Notes: a model not told the origin generated them from the letters alone. Numbered from the stretch's first letter, positions 1 to 14,295 are shown. The stretch: 64,000 nucleotides of DNA from Chrysomallon squamiferum (GCA_012295275.1 CM022679.1:20708001-20772000), one strand, 5' to 3'. Numbers and translations are program-made.

Positions 1-3000
1 GCAGCTTAAAGAATGAACAAAAATGAAAAATTGAATATAAAAAGAAAAAGCTAACGTAACAGAAGGAAGTGTGGTACTATTTAAACGCAGCATTCTTTCA
101 ACTTTTATTCATAATAAAATATAAAATGGTATGTGGACTGCATTGATAAGCAGGGTAAGAATTTCCATATTGAATTTCTTGTTTTTGTTACTGGGAAAGA
201 AAACAGAGAATACTGACTGACTGAAAAAAAAAAATAAAAATAAAAGTTTATGCGAAATATGTTAACTGATATATTTAGAGTCGAAATGTGAGAATGTTAA
301 CTGATATATTTAGAGTTGCCTCCCCTTATGTGAGATGTGTTCACATTTAGAGTCGCCTATATTTAGAGTGTTCACTGGTATTTAGCCTCCCCTTATGTGA
401 GATGTGTTCACTGGTATTTAGAGTTGCCTCCCTTATGTGAGATGTGTTCACTGGTATTTAGAGTCGCCTCCCTTATGTGAGATGTGTTCACTGGCATACT
501 TAGAGTTGCCTCCCTTATGTGAGATGTGTTCACTGGTATTTAGAGTCGCCTCCCCTATGTGAGATGTGTTCACTGGCATACTTAGAGTTGCCTCCCTTAT
601 GTGAGATGTGTTCACTGGTATTAAGAAAATAAGACAGAAAACTCGAATACAAAAGCTTAACTAAATAATCAGTGAGAGCAGAGTGTTTAAACTGATTAAA
701 GTGTTTCATAAATAAATAATAAAGAAATGGTAACACGTAGAAAAAAGAAGGAAGGATGGAATGAAAGATAGGAAATAAAAGATGGAAAAGATAGAAAGAA
801 AAGAAAGAAAGAAAGATAGAAAAGAAAGAAGGAAGGATAGAAAGAAAAAAAAGAAGGAAGGAAAGAAAGAAAGAAAGAAAATATTGAAGCAGCTTAAAGA
901 ATGAACAAAAATGAAAAATTGAAATATATAAAAAGAAAAAGCTAACGTAACAGAAGGAAGTGTGGTACTATTTAAACGCAGCATTCTTTCAACTTTTATT
1001 CATAATAAAATATAAAATGGTATGTGGACTGCATTGATAAGCATGGAATAAGAATTTCCATATTGAATTTCTTCATTTTGTTACTGGGAAAGAAAACAGA
1101 GAATACTGACTGACTGAAGAAAAAAAATAAAAATAAAAGTTTATGCGAAATATGTTAACTGATATATTTAGAGTCGCCTCCCTTATGTGAGAAGTGTTCA
1201 CTGATATATTTAGAGTCGCCTCCCTTATGTGAGAAGTGTTCACTGGCATATTTAGAGTTGCCTCCCTTATGTGAGATGTGTTCACTGGTATTTAGAGTCG
1301 CCTCCCCTATGTGAGATGTGTTCACTGGTATTTAGAGTCGCCTCCCTTATGTGAGATGTGTTCACTGGCATACTTAGAGTTGCCTCCCTTATGTGAGATG
1401 TGTTCACTGGTATTAATAAAATAAGATAGAAAACTCGAATATAAAAGCTCAACTAAATAATCAGTGATAGCAGAGTGTTTCAACTGATTAAAGTGTTTCA
1501 TAAATAAATAATAAAGAAATGGTAACACGTAGAAAAAAGAAGGAAGGATGGAATGAAAGATAGGAAATAAAAGATGGAAAAGATAGAAAGAAAAGAAAGA
1601 AAGAAAGATAGAAAAGAAAGAAGGAAGGATAGAAAGAAAAGAAGGAAGGAAAGAAAGAAAGAAAGAAAATATTGAAGCAGCTTAAAGAATGAACAAAAAT
1701 GAAAAATTGAATATAAAAAGGAAAAGCTAACGTAACAGAAGGAAGCGTGGTACTATTTAAACGCAGCATTCTTTCAACTTTTATTCATAATAAAATATAA
1801 AATGATATGAGGACTGCATTGATAAGCAGGGTAAGAATTTCCATATTGAATTTCTTGTTTTTGTTACTGGGAAAGAAAACAGAGAATACTGACTGACTGA
1901 AGAAAAAAAAATAAAAATAAAAGTTTATGCGAAATATGTTAACTGATATATTTAGAGTCGCCTCCCTTATGTGAGAAGTGTTCACTGATATATTTAGAGT
2001 TGCCTCCCTTATGTGAGAAGTGTTTACTGGCATATTTAGAGTTGCCTCCCTTATGTGAGATGTGTTCACTGAGTTGCCTCCCTTATGTGAGATGTGTTCA
2101 CTGGTATTTAGAGTCGCCTCCCCTATGTGAGATGTGTTCACTGGCATACTTAGAGTTGCCTCCCTTATGTGAGATGTGTTCACTGGTATTTAGAGTCGCC
2201 TCCCCTATGTGAGATGTGTTCACTGGCATACTTAGAGTTGCCTCCCTTATGTGAGATGTGTTCACTGGTATTAAGAAAATAAGATAGAAAACTCGAATAT
2301 AAAAGCTCAACTAAATAATCAGTGATAGCAGAGTGTTTCAACTGATTAAAGTGTTTCATAAATAAATAATAAAGAAATGGTAACACGTAGAAAAAAGAAG
2401 GAAGGATGGAATGAAAGATAGGAAATAAAAGATGGAAAAGATAGAAAGAAAAGAAAGAAAGAAAGATAGAAAAGAAAGAAGGAAGGATAGAAAGAAAAGA
2501 AGGAAGGAAAGAAAGAAAGAAAGAAAATATTGAAGCAGCTTAAAGAATGAACAAAAATGAAAAATTGAATATAAAAAGGAAAAGCTAACGTAACAGAAGG
2601 AAGTGTGGTACTATTTAAAGGCAGCATTCTTTCAACTTTTATTCATAATAAAATATAAAATGGTAAGTGGACTGCCTTGATAAGCAGAATAAGAATTTCC
2701 ATATTGAATTTGTTCATTTTATTACTGGGAAAGAAAACAGAGAACACTGACTGACTGAAGAAAAAAAATAAAAATAAATGTTCATGCGAAATATGTTAAC
2801 TGATATATTTAGAAATCCCTTATGTGAGAACTGATATATTTAGATATATGTGAGAGTGTTCACTGGCATATTTAGAGTTGCCTCCCTTATGTGAGAAGTG
2901 TTCACTGATATATTTAGAGTTGCCCTCCCCTTATGTGAGATGTGTTCACTGGTATTTTAGAGTCGCCTCCTTATGTGAGATGTTCACTGGCATATTTAGA

Positions 3001-6000
3001 GTTGCCTCCCTTATGTGAGATGTGTTCACTGTATTTAGAGTCGCCTCCCTTATGTGAGATGTGTTCACTGGCATATTTAGAGTTGCCTCCCTTATGTGAG
3101 ATGTGTTCACTGGTATTTAGAGTCGCCTCCCCTATGTGAGATGTGTTCACTGGCATACTTAGAGTTGCCTCCCTTATGTGAGATGTGTTCACTGGTATTA
3201 AGAAAATAAGATAGAAAACTCGAATATAAAAGCTCAACTAAATAATCAGTGATAGCAGAGTGTTTCAACTGATTAAAGTGTTTCATAAATAAATAATAAA
3301 GAAATGGTAACACGTAGAAAAAAGAAGGAAGGATGGAATGAAAGATAGGAAATAAAAGATGGAAAAGATAGAAAGAAAAGAAAGAAAGAAAGATAGAAAA
3401 GAAAGAAGGAAGGATAGAAAGAAAAGAAGGAAGGAAGGAAAGAAAGAAAGAAAATATTGAAGCAGCTTAAAGAATGAACAAAAATGAAAAATTGAATATA
3501 AAAAGGAAAAGCTAACGTAACAGAAGGAAGCGTGGTACTATTTAAACGCAGCATTCTTTCAACTTTTATTCATAATAAAATATAAAATGATATGAGGACT
3601 GCATTGATAAGCAGGGTAAGAATTTCCATATTGAATTTCTTGTTTTTGTTACTGGGAAAGAAAACAGAGAATACTGACTGACTGAAGAAAAAAAATAAAA
3701 ATAAAAGTTTATGCGAAATATGTTAACTGATATATTTAGAGTCGCCTCCCTTATGTGAGAAGTGTTCACTGATATATTTAGAGTTGCCTCCCTTATATGT
3801 TATTTAGAGTTGCCTCCCTTATGTGAGATGTGTTCACTGGTATTTAGAGTCGCCTCCCCTATGTGAGATGTGTTCACTGTCAAACTTAGAGTTGCCTCCC
3901 TTATGTGAGATGTGTTCACTGGTATTTAGAGTCGCCTCCCCTATGTGAGATGTGTTCACTGGCATACTTAGAGTTGCCTCCCTTATGTGAGATGTGTTCA
4001 CTGGTATTAAGAAAATAAGACAGAAAACTCGAATACAAAAGCTTAACTAAATAATCAGTGAGAGCAGAGTGTTTAAACTGATTAAAGTGTTTCATAAATA
4101 AATAATAAAGAAATGGTAACACGTAGAAAAAAGAAGGAAGGATGGAATGAAAGATAGGAAATAAAAGATGGAAAAGATAGAAAGAAAAGAAAGAAAGAAA
4201 GATAGAAAAGAAAGAAGGAAGGATAGAAAGAAAAGAAAGAAGGAAAGAAAGAAAGAAAGAAAGAAAGAAAATATTGAAGCAGCTTAAAGAATGAACAAAA
4301 ATGAAAAATTGAATATAAAAAGGAAAAGCTAACGTAACAGAAGGAAGTGTGGTACTATTTAAAGGCAGCATTCTTTCAACTTTTATTCATAATAAAATAT
4401 AAAATGGTAAGTGGACTGCCTTGATAAGCAGAATAAGAATTTCCATATTGAATTTGTTCATTTTATTACTGGGAAAGAAAACAGAGAACACTGACTGACT
4501 GAAGAAGAAAAATAAAAATAAATGTTCATGCGAAATATGTTAACTGATATATTTAGAGTCGCCTCCCTTATGTGAGAAGTGTTCACTGATATATTTAGAG
4601 TCGCCTCCCTTATGTGAGAAGTGTTTACTGGCATACTTAGAGTTGCCTCCCTTATGTGAGATGTGTTCACTGGCATACTTAGAGTTGCCTCCCTTATGTG
4701 AGATGTGTTCACTGGTATTTAGAGTCGCCTCCCCTATGTGAGATGTGTTCACTGGCATACTTAGAGTTGCCTCCCTTATGTGAGATGTGTTCACTGGCAT
4801 ACTTAGAGTTGCCTCCCTTATGTGAACTAAATGTGTTCACTGTTTGAACTGTTTAGAGTTGCCTCCCTTATGTGAGATGTGTTCACTATTATATTTAGAG
4901 TTGCCTCCCTTATGTGAGATGTGTTCACTGGTATTTAGAGTCGCCTCCCCTATGTGAGATGTGTTCACTGGCATACTTAGAGTTGCCTCCCTTATGTGAG
5001 ATGTGTTCACTGGTATTAAGAAAATAAGACAGAAAACTCGAATATAAAAGCTTAACTAAATAATCAGTGAGAGCAGAGTGTTTAAACTGATTAAAGTGTT
5101 TCATAAATAAATAATAAAGAAATGGTAACACGTAGAAAAAAGAAGGAAGGATGGAATGAAAGATAGGAAATAAAAGATGGAAAAGATAGAAAGAAAAGAA
5201 AGAAAGAAAGATAGAAAAGAAAGAAGGAAGGATAGAAAGAAAAGAAGGAAGGAAGGAAAGAAAGAAAGAAAATATTGAAGCAGCTTAAAGAATGAACAAA
5301 AATGAAAAATTGAATATAAAAAGAAAAAGCTAACGTAACAGAAGGAAGCGTGGTACTATTTAAACGCAGCATTCTTTCAACTTTTATTCATAATAAAATA
5401 TAAAATGGTATGTGGACTGCATTGATAAGCAGAATAAGAATTTCCATATTGAATTTGTTCATTTTTGTTACTGGAAAAAAAAACAGAGAATACTGACTGA
5501 CTGAAGAAAAAAAAAAAAAATAAAATGTTTATGCGAAATATGTTAACTGATATATTTAGAGTCGCCTCCCTTATGTGAGAAGTGTTCACTGATATATTTA
5601 GAGTCGCCTCCCTTATGTGAGAAGTGTTCACTGGCATACTTAGAGTTGCCTCCCTTATGTGAGATGTGTTCACTCATACTTAGAGTTGCCTCCCTTATTT
5701 GAGATGTGTTCACTGGTATTTAGAGTCGCCTCCCCTTATGTGAGATGTGTTCACTGGCATACTTAGAGTTGCCTCCCTTATGTGAGATGTGTTCACTGGT
5801 ATTTAGAGTCGCCTCCCCTATGTGAGATGTGTTCACTGGCATACTTAGAGTTGCCTCCCTTATGTGAGATGTGTTCACTGGTATTTAGAGTCGCCTCCCC
5901 TATGTGAGATGTGTTCACTGGCATACTTAGAGTTGCCTCCCTTATGTGAGATGTGTTCACTGGTATTAAGAAAATAAGATAGAAAACTCGAATATAAAAG

Positions 6001-9000
6001 CTCAACTAAATAATCAGTGATAGCAGAGTGTTTAAACTGATTAAAGTGTTTCATAAATAAATAATAAAGAAATGGTAACACGTAGAAAAAAGAAGGAAGG
6101 ATGGAATGAAAGATAGGAAATAAAAGATGACGAAAAGATAGAAAGAAAAGAAAGAAAGAAAGATAGAAAAGAAAGAAGGAAGGATAGAAAGAAAAGAAGG
6201 AAGGAAGGAAAGAAAGAAAGAAAATATTGAAGCAGCTTAAAGAATGAACAAAAATGAAAAATTGAATATAAAAAGGAAAAGCTAACGTAACAGAAGGAAG
6301 CGTGGTACTATTTAAACGCAGCATTCTTTCAACTTTTATTCATAATAAAATATAAAATGGTATGTGGACTGCATTGATAAGCAGGGTAAGAATTTCCATA
6401 TTGAATTTCTTGTTTTTGTTACTGGGAAAGAAAACAGAGAATACTGACTGACTGAAAAAAAAAAAAAAATAAAAGTTTATGCAAAATATGTTAACTGATA
6501 TATTTAGAGTCGCCTCCCTTATGTGAGAAGTGTTCACTGATATATTTAGAGTCGCCTCCCTTATGTGAGAAGTGTTCACTGGCATACTTAGAGTTGCCTC
6601 CCTTATGTGAGATGTGTTCACTGGCATATTTAGAGTTGCCTCCCTTATGTGAGATGTGTTCACTGGTATTTAGAGTTGCCTCCCTTATGTGAGATGTGTT
6701 CACTGGTATTTAGAGTCGCCTCCCCTATGTGAGATGTGTTCACTGGCATACTTAGAGTTGCCTCCCTTATATGAGATGTGTTCACTGGTATTTAGAGTCG
6801 CCTCCCCTATGTGAGATGTGTTCACTGGCATACTTAGAGTTGCCTCCCTTATGTGAGATGTGTTCACTGGTATTTAGAGTCGCCTCCCCTATGTGAGATG
6901 TGTTCACTGGCATACTTAGAGTTGCCTCCCTTATGTGAGATGTGTTCACTGGTATTAAGAAAATAAGATAGAAAACTCGAATATAAAAGCTCAACTAAAT
7001 AATCAGTGATAGCAGAGTGTTTAAACTGATTAAAGTGTTTCATAAATAAATAATAAAGAAATGGTAACACGTAGAAAAAAGAAGGAAGGATGGAATGAAA
7101 GATAGGAAATAAAAGATGGAAAAGATAGAAAGAAAAGAAAGAAAGAAAGATAGAAAAGAAAGAAGGAAGGATAGAAAGAAAAGAAGGAAGGAAGGAAAGA
7201 AAGAAAGAAAATATTGAAGCAGCTTAAAGAATGAACAAAAATGAAAAATTGAATATAAAAAGGAAAAGCTAACGTAACAGAAGGAAGCGTGGTACTATTT
7301 AAACGCAGCATTCTTTCAACTTTTATTCATAATAAAATATAAAATGATATGAGGACTGCATTGATAAGCAGGGTAAGAATTTCCATATTGAATTTCTTGT
7401 TTTTGTTACTGGGAAAGAAAACAGAGAATACTGACTGACTGAAGAAAAAAAAAAAAAATATAAAAATAAATGTTTATGCGAAATATGTTAACTGATATAT
7501 TTAGAGTCGCCTCCCTTATGTGAGAAGTGTTCACTTCTATATTTAGAGTTGCCTCCCTTATGTGAGATGTGTTCACTGGTATTTAGAGTCGCCTCCCCTA
7601 TGTGAGATGTGAGATGTGTTCACTGTCAATGTGAGATGTGTTCACTTAGTCAAATATTAGAGTTGCCTCCCTTATGTGAGATGTGTTCACTGGTATTTAG
7701 AGTCGCCTCCCCTATGTGAGATGTGTTCACTGGCATACTTAGAGTTGCCTCCCTTATGTGAGATGTGTTCACTGGTATTAAGAAAATAAGACAGAAAACT
7801 CGAATACAAAAGCTTAACTAAATAATCAGTGAGAGCAGAGTGTTTAAACTGATTAAAGTGTTTCATAAATAAATAATAAAGAAATGGTAACACGTAGAAA
7901 AAAGAAGGAAGGATGGAATGAAAGATAGGAAATAAAAGATGGAAAAGATAGAAAGAAAAGAAAGAAAGAAAGATAGAAAAGAAAGAAGGAAGGATAGAAA
8001 GAAAAGAAGGAAGGAAAGAAAGAAAGAAAGAAAATATTGAAGCAGCTTAAAGAATGAACAAAAATGAAAAATTGAATATAAAAAGAAAAAGCTAACGTAA
8101 CAGAAGGAAGTGTGGTACTATTTAAACGCAGCATTCTTTCAACTTTTATTCATAATAAAATATAAAATGGTATGTGGACTGCATTGATAAGCAGAGTAAG
8201 AATTTCCATATTGAATTTCTTGTTTTTTTTACTGGGAAAGAAAACAGAGAATACTGACTGACTGAAGAAAAAAAAAAAAATAAAAGTTTATGCGAAATAT
8301 GTTAACTGATATATTTAGAGTCGCCTCCCTTATGTGAGAAGTGTTCACTGATATATTTAGAGTCGCCTCCCTTATGTGAGAAGTGTTCACTGGCATACTT
8401 AGAGTTGCCTCCCTTATGTGAGATGTGTTCACTGGCATACTTAGAGTTGCCTCCCTTATGTGAGATGTGTTCACTGGCATACTTAGAGTTGCCTCCCTTA
8501 TGTGAGATGTGTTCACTGGTATTTAGAGTCGCCTCCCCTATGTGAGATGTGTTCACTGGCATACTTAGAGTTGCCTCCCTTATGTGAGATGTGTTCACTG
8601 GCATATTTAGAGTTGCCTCCCTTATGTGAGAGATGTTGTTCATTATATTTAGAGTTGCCTCCCTTATGTGAGATGTGTTCACTGGTATTTAGAGTCGCCT
8701 CCCCTATGTGAGATGTGTTCACTGGCATACTTAGAGTTGCCTCCCTTATGTGAGATGTGTTCACTGGTATTAAGAAAATAAGACAGAAAACTCGAATACA
8801 AAAGCTTAACTAAATAATCAGTGACAGCAGAGTGTTTAAACTGATTAAAGTGTTTCATAAATAAATAATAAAGAAATGGTAACACGTAGAAAAAAGAAGG
8901 AAGGATGGAATGAAAGATAGGAAATAAAAGATGGAAAAGATAGAAAGAAAAGAAAGAAAGAAAGATAGAAAAGAAAGAAGGAAGGATAGAAAGAAAAGAA

Positions 9001-11720
9001 GGAAGGAAGGAAAGAAAGAAAGAAAATATTGAAGCAGCTTAAAGAATGAACAAAAATGAAAAATTGAATATAAAAAGAAAAAGCTAACGTAACAGAAGGA
9101 AGCGTGGTACTATTTAAACGCAGCATTCTTTCAACTTTTATTCATAATAAAATATAAAATGGTATGTGGACTGCATTGATAAGCATGGTAAGAATTTCCA
9201 TATTGAATTTCTTGTTTTTGTTACTGGGAAAGAAAACAGAGAATACTGACTGACTGAAGAAAAAAAATAAAAATAAAAGTTTATGCGAAATATGTTAACT
9301 GATATATTTAGAGTCGCCTCCCTTATGTGAGAAGTGTTCACTACTATATTTAGAGTTGCCTCCCTTATGTGAGATGTGTTCACTGGTATTTAGAGTCGCC
9401 TCCCCTATGTGAGATGTGTTCACTGGCATACTTAGAGTTGCCTCCCTTATGTGAGATGTGTTCACTGGTATTTAGAGTCGCCTCCCCTATGTGAGATGTG
9501 TTCACTGGCATAGTTGCCTCCCTTAGAGTTGTCTCCCTTATGTGAGTGAGATGTGTTCACTGGTATTTAGAGTCGCCTCCCTTATGTGAGATGTGTTCAC
9601 TGGCATATTTAGAGTTGCCTCCCTTATGTGAGATGTGTTCACTGGCATACTTAGAGTTGCCTCCCTTATGTGAGATGTGTTCAGTGGTATTAAGAATATA
9701 AGACAGAAAACTCGAATACAAAAGCTTAACTAAATAATCAGTGACAGCAGAGTGTTTAAACTGATTAAAGTGTTTCATAAATAAATAATAAAGAAATGGT
9801 AACACGTAGAAAAAAGAAGGAAGGATGGAATGAAAGATAGGAAATAAAAGATGGAAAAGATAGAAAGAAAAGAAAGAAAGAAAGATAGAAAAGAAAGAAG
9901 GAAGGATAGAAAGAAAAGAAAGAAGGAAAGAAAGAAAATATTGAAGCAGCTTAAAGAATGAACAAAAATGAAAAATTGAATATAAAAAGAAAAAGCTAAC
10001 GTAACAGAAGGAAGCGTGGTACTATTTAAACGCAGCATTCTTTCAACTTTTATTCATAATAAAATATAAAATCGTATGTGGACTGCATTGATAAGCAGGA
10101 TAAGAATTTCCATATTGAATTTCTTCATTTTATTACTTAGAAAGAAAACAGAGAATATTGACGGACTGAAGAAAAAAATATGAATAAAAGCTTATGCGAA
10201 ATATGTTCACTGATATATTTAGAGTCGCGTCCCTTATGCGAGAAGTGTTCACTTCTATATTTAGAGTTAGTTTCCCTATGTGAGATGTGTTCACTGGCAT
10301 ACTTAGAGTTGCCTCCCTTATGTGAGATGTGTTCACTGGTATTTAGAGTCGCCTCCCCTATGTCAGATGTGTTCACTGGTATTTAGAGTCGCCTCCCCTA
10401 TGTGAGATGTGTTCACTGGCATACTTAGAGTTGCCTCCCTTATTTGAGATGTGTTCACTGGTATTTAGAGTCGCCTCCCCTATGTGAGATGTGTTCACTG
10501 GCATACTTAGAGTTGCCTCCCTTATGTGAGAGGTGTTCACTGGTATTAAGAAAATAAGACAGAAAACTCGAATACAAAAGCTTAACTAAATAATCAGTGA
10601 GAGCAGAGTGTTTAAACTGATTAAAGTATTTCATAAATAAATAATAAAGAAAGGGTAACATGTAGAAAAAAGAAGGAAGGATGGATTTAAAGATATGAAT
10701 CAAAATATTGAGAAGATAGAAAGAAAAGAAAGAAAGAAAGATACAAAAGAAAGAATGAAGGATAGAAAGAATCGAAAGAAGGATAGAAGGAAAGAAAGAA
10801 CGAAAGAAAATATTGAAACTGCTTAAAGAATGAAGAAAAATGAAGAAATGAATAGAAAAAGAAATAACTAATGAAACAGAACGAAGCGTGGTGCTATTTA
10901 AACGCAGCATTCTCTTCAAATTTTATTCATAATAAAATATAAAATCGTGTGTAGACTGCATTGATTAGCAGGATAAGAATTTCCATAGTGAATTTCTTGC
11001 ATTGATTACTGAGATAGAAAACAGAGAATAATGACTGACTGAAGAAAAAGTATTTAGAGTTACTTTCCCTATGTGAAAGGTGTTCACTGGTATTTAGAGT
11101 CGCCTCCCCTATTTGAGATCTGTTCACTGGTATACTTACAGTTGCCTCCCTTATGTGAGATGTGTTCACTGGTATATTTAGAGTCGCCTCCCCTATGTGA
11201 GATGTGTTCACTGGTATATTTAGAGTTACTTTCCCTATGTGAGAGGTGGTCACTGTTATGTAGAATCGCCTCTGGTATGTGATATGTGTTCACTGGTATA
11301 CTTACAGTTGCCTCCCCTATGTTAAATGTGTTCATTGCTATTTTGAGTCGCCTTGCTTATGTCAGATGTGTTCACTGGTATATTTAGAGTTGGCTCCGGT
11401 ATGGGAGATGTTCACTAGAAGATGTGTTCACTAGTAGAGATAGAGTGGCCTCCCTTATGTGAGATGTGTTCATTGGTATATTTAGAGTCACCTCCCCTAT
11501 GTGAAATGTGTTCACTGGTATTTTGAGTGGCCTCCCTTATGCGAGATGTGTTCACTGGTGTTAAGAAATTAAGAAAGAAAATTCGATTACAAAAGCTTAA
11601 ATAAAGAATGAGAAAATATTAACTGATTAAAAATATATCATAAGTAAATAATAAAGAAATCATAATACGAAAAGAAAAGAAGGCAGGAAAGAATGAAAGA
11701 TTGGAAATAAAAGTCTTAGA
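1..11720. repeat. Compound satellite array (left), ~13 units of ~785-1000 bp. Each unit has a conserved AT-rich block with (ACTG)3, a variable run of 40/42-bp subrepeats (TATTTAGAGTYGCCTCCCYTATGTGAGATGTGTTCACTGG) and a (GAAA/GGAA)-rich tract
   Basis: The landmark AAACGCAGCATTCTTTCAAC (or its AAAGGCAG variant) recurs near 84, 975, 1760, 2617, 3545, 4362, 5362, 6315, 7302, 8124, 9117, 10028 and 10900. Spacing varies with subrepeat number. Units decay beyond ~10100, and the array runs off the left window edge. Confidence 0.97.
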
Positions 11721-12027
11721 ATTCGATAATGACGATGAGATGGTGACGATGATGATGATGATAGTAATAAAAATAGTTACCTCATCAACAATAACAGAAA
11801 GAACAACAGCAGCAATCATTAGCCTTTCTTATATACACCTGCGTTTAGTTTTAGTTCCATATGTGTTTGTTGAGTTAGTGGAAAATAAAAATTAAACTTT
11901 TGTCATGAACTGTCTTAGTGAGGCAGTTAAATTTGTAACAAGTTTATTAATTCAAAAACTACACGACTTCATTGCGACGGACATCATGGAAGGATAAAAG
12001 TGGAAGATATCATTTATTTTTAAATAG

Positions 12028-12137
12028 ATGCGCAGGTCCAAGAGATGGACAGGAAGAACATCTACACGATTGTGTCGATATCTTATTGTCACCCAGTTTG
12101 AAAATATGTAGAAAACGCAAAGTCTCTGTAGAACCTG
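12028..12137 (+). other. Isolated exon-like segment, no partner exons found
   Basis: Acceptor TTTATTTTTAAATAG and strong donor CTG|GTGAGT bracket a 110-nt GC-richer stretch with one open frame (CAGPRDGQEEHLHDCVDILLSPSLKICRKRKVSVEP). No recognisable homology. Confidence 0.3.
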
Positions 12138-12620
12138 GTGAGTTTATGATAAACCAGTGAATATCGGTTCTTCAATTAGTTCCATACCAAATGTCCTCTC
12201 GTATTATCAGAAAAAATAAAACAAACGATTGTTCTAAAAATGCACTAAGAGCTTATGGATATGACTTCAGCTAATGATATTACTCTGATCCACACTAACA
12301 GTGCACGGTTTATTAAATATCAGAATTATCAAGAAGAGCTGTCGAAACCAAGTTTAACGGATATTTCCTTGTCAGTACGATTCTAGCAAATGGCAAAATA
12401 AAAGGTCGAGATAAAATATGCATTAGAGTTTAAAGCTTTGCCCAACCCCAATTAAACAGCGAGGGTTTGGCACATGTCGCCGGTTGGTATTCACAGCAAT
12501 ACACACGGCTCCGTCGTCTGTTGTATAACAATTATGTTCCATTACTGTATATACTGACCTTTAGTTTGTAAACCTATACAATTAATTTATAAGCTTTCGT
12601 GTACATATAACATGAAAACC

Positions 12621-12621
<1 letters not shown>

Positions 12622-12710
<89 letters not shown>
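12622..12710. repeat. (CA)n microsatellite
   Basis: Perfect dinucleotide run. Confidence 0.99.
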
Positions 12711-12712
<2 letters not shown>

Positions 12713-13149
12713 TCTATATACGTTATATCAGCGGATTTATTTTAAGCCTTTTGTTTTTATATAATTATTGAATTTAGACTAGTTATTTTGTTTGTATACT
12801 TTGCTGGAATTGTCGTAGGTTTTTAGTTGACGTAACTGTACGTAATTCATTTTTTACATTTTGCTAGAAATTAGCTTTTACTCCTGTTTTTACTCATTGC
12901 TGTAATTTACTGAGTAATTTTGCTATTTGAGGTTTGAGTAGATTTGGGTGGCTGAAACCAAGGGTGGGGATAGAAAAGATGGAATGACCGTTGCAGCTTT
13001 TATTTGTCTTAGTCATTTCCTTATTTACAAGGCAGAATTTCCTATATTAGTTAATTGTACTGCAAGGATTGCTGAAAAAAAAGAGGCTGGATAAACACAT
13101 TTTTTAAATGAAACACAACCGGACTCTCTTCCACTAAGACAGAATGACA

Positions 13150-13395
13150 ATTTGCTAACCAGGAATAATTAGCCGCTAAGCTGGAATAACTAATCGCTAA
13201 CGAGGAAAGTTTAACGTGAAGCAGTAAATACCAGACGCTAATCAGGAATGCTTAACCGCAAAGCTGGAAAGACTAACCAGGAATGTTTAAGACGAAGTTG
13301 GAAAGACCAATCGCTAACCAGGAATGTTTAACAGCTAAGCTGAATGACCAGTTGCTAAACAGGAATGTTTAACCTGAAGCTGGAAAGACCAATTG
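13150..13395. repeat. Degenerate ~40-bp minisatellite (GCTAACCAGGAATGTTTAAC...AAGCTGGAAAGACCAA)
   Basis: About 6 imperfect copies are visible. Confidence 0.75.
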
Positions 13396-13634
13396 TTTTA
13401 AAAATGTAGACTTGTATTCTGAGATCCTCTCTCATCTGATTATTATATATTCTGAATGATCATACTCATCCAACTGGCAGCTTACGCCCATAAATCATCC
13501 AATACATCTAATGTAAAGACTTTTGATGGAGTTAGTTGATTGTAGCTCGAGGTGTAAGAAAATATTTATAAACCATTGACAATACCGGAGCTCTGCAACA
13601 TCCACTTCCAAGATTATTCCAACGATTAACAAGT

Positions 13635-14295
13635 TGACAGACCAGATAAACAATGATTAAGGTAATGAATCAAACAGGGAATTATTAATATAATGAACCA
13701 AACCAGGGAATTAATATAATGAACCAGACAAGGAATGATTAAGAAAATGAACCAGCCAGGGAATTATTAATATAATGAATGAAACCAGGGAATTAATATA
13801 ATGAACTAGACAAGGAATGATTAAGATAAGGAACCAGCCGGGGAATTATTAATATATTGAACCAGATAAGGAATGTTTAAGATAATGAATCAGCCACAGA
13901 ATTATTAAGATAATGTTCCAATCAGGGAATGATTAACACAATGAGAAACCAAGGAATAATTAACATAATGAACCAACCAGGGAAGGATTAAGATACTGAA
14001 CCAAATAGATGAATAGTTAGAGAAATAATGAACAAACCAGTCAGTGGGTGAAGCATCTAGCATCTAGCATCTAGAGAGAGAGAGAATTTTTTTTTTTTAA
14101 ATAGAAAATAAAAATAAAAAAATAAATTAGAGATATAATGAATAAGCGGGATGCATGACTAGAGAAATAGTGAACCAGCAAGATTAATAACTACATAAAT
14201 AGTGAACCAGATAGGTAATAAATAAAAAACAAAAGAACAACAACAAAAAACAACTATTAAAGATAAGTAATGAACTAGCTGGGTAAATAACTACT
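13635..14295. repeat. Degenerate ~28-31-bp minisatellite (AATGAACCAGMCAGGGAATTATTAA)
   Basis: Recurrent AATGAACC and GGGAATTATTAA motifs, clearest at 13660-14000. Confidence 0.85.

Noticed and set aside
330-620. TGTGA-N-TCAC dyad resembling a bacterial CRP site
   Set aside because: The spacer is 7 nt rather than 6 and the DNA is eukaryotic; it is kept only as an unexplained dyad.
2810-7660. Scrambled subrepeats (e.g. 2815-2860, 4820-4855, 7610-7660; also 280-385, 41450-41520, 55630-55660)
   Set aside because: They look like consensus or polishing errors in collapsed repeats rather than biology, so unit counts in the arrays should be treated as approximate.
530-11335. Many ORFs such as MNTSHIREATL.., SEHISHKGG.. 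and F/L/S-rich ORFs (also 48848-59818)
   Set aside because: They are translations of the satellite. The 42-bp subrepeat keeps frames open while the 40-bp variants shift them, the hydrophobic ORFs come from the (GAAA)n tract, and there is no consistent splice structure.
280-11560. 40/42-bp repeats resembling a CRISPR array
   Set aside because: The repeats are contiguous with no unique spacers, there are no cas genes, and the context is eukaryotic and intron-rich.
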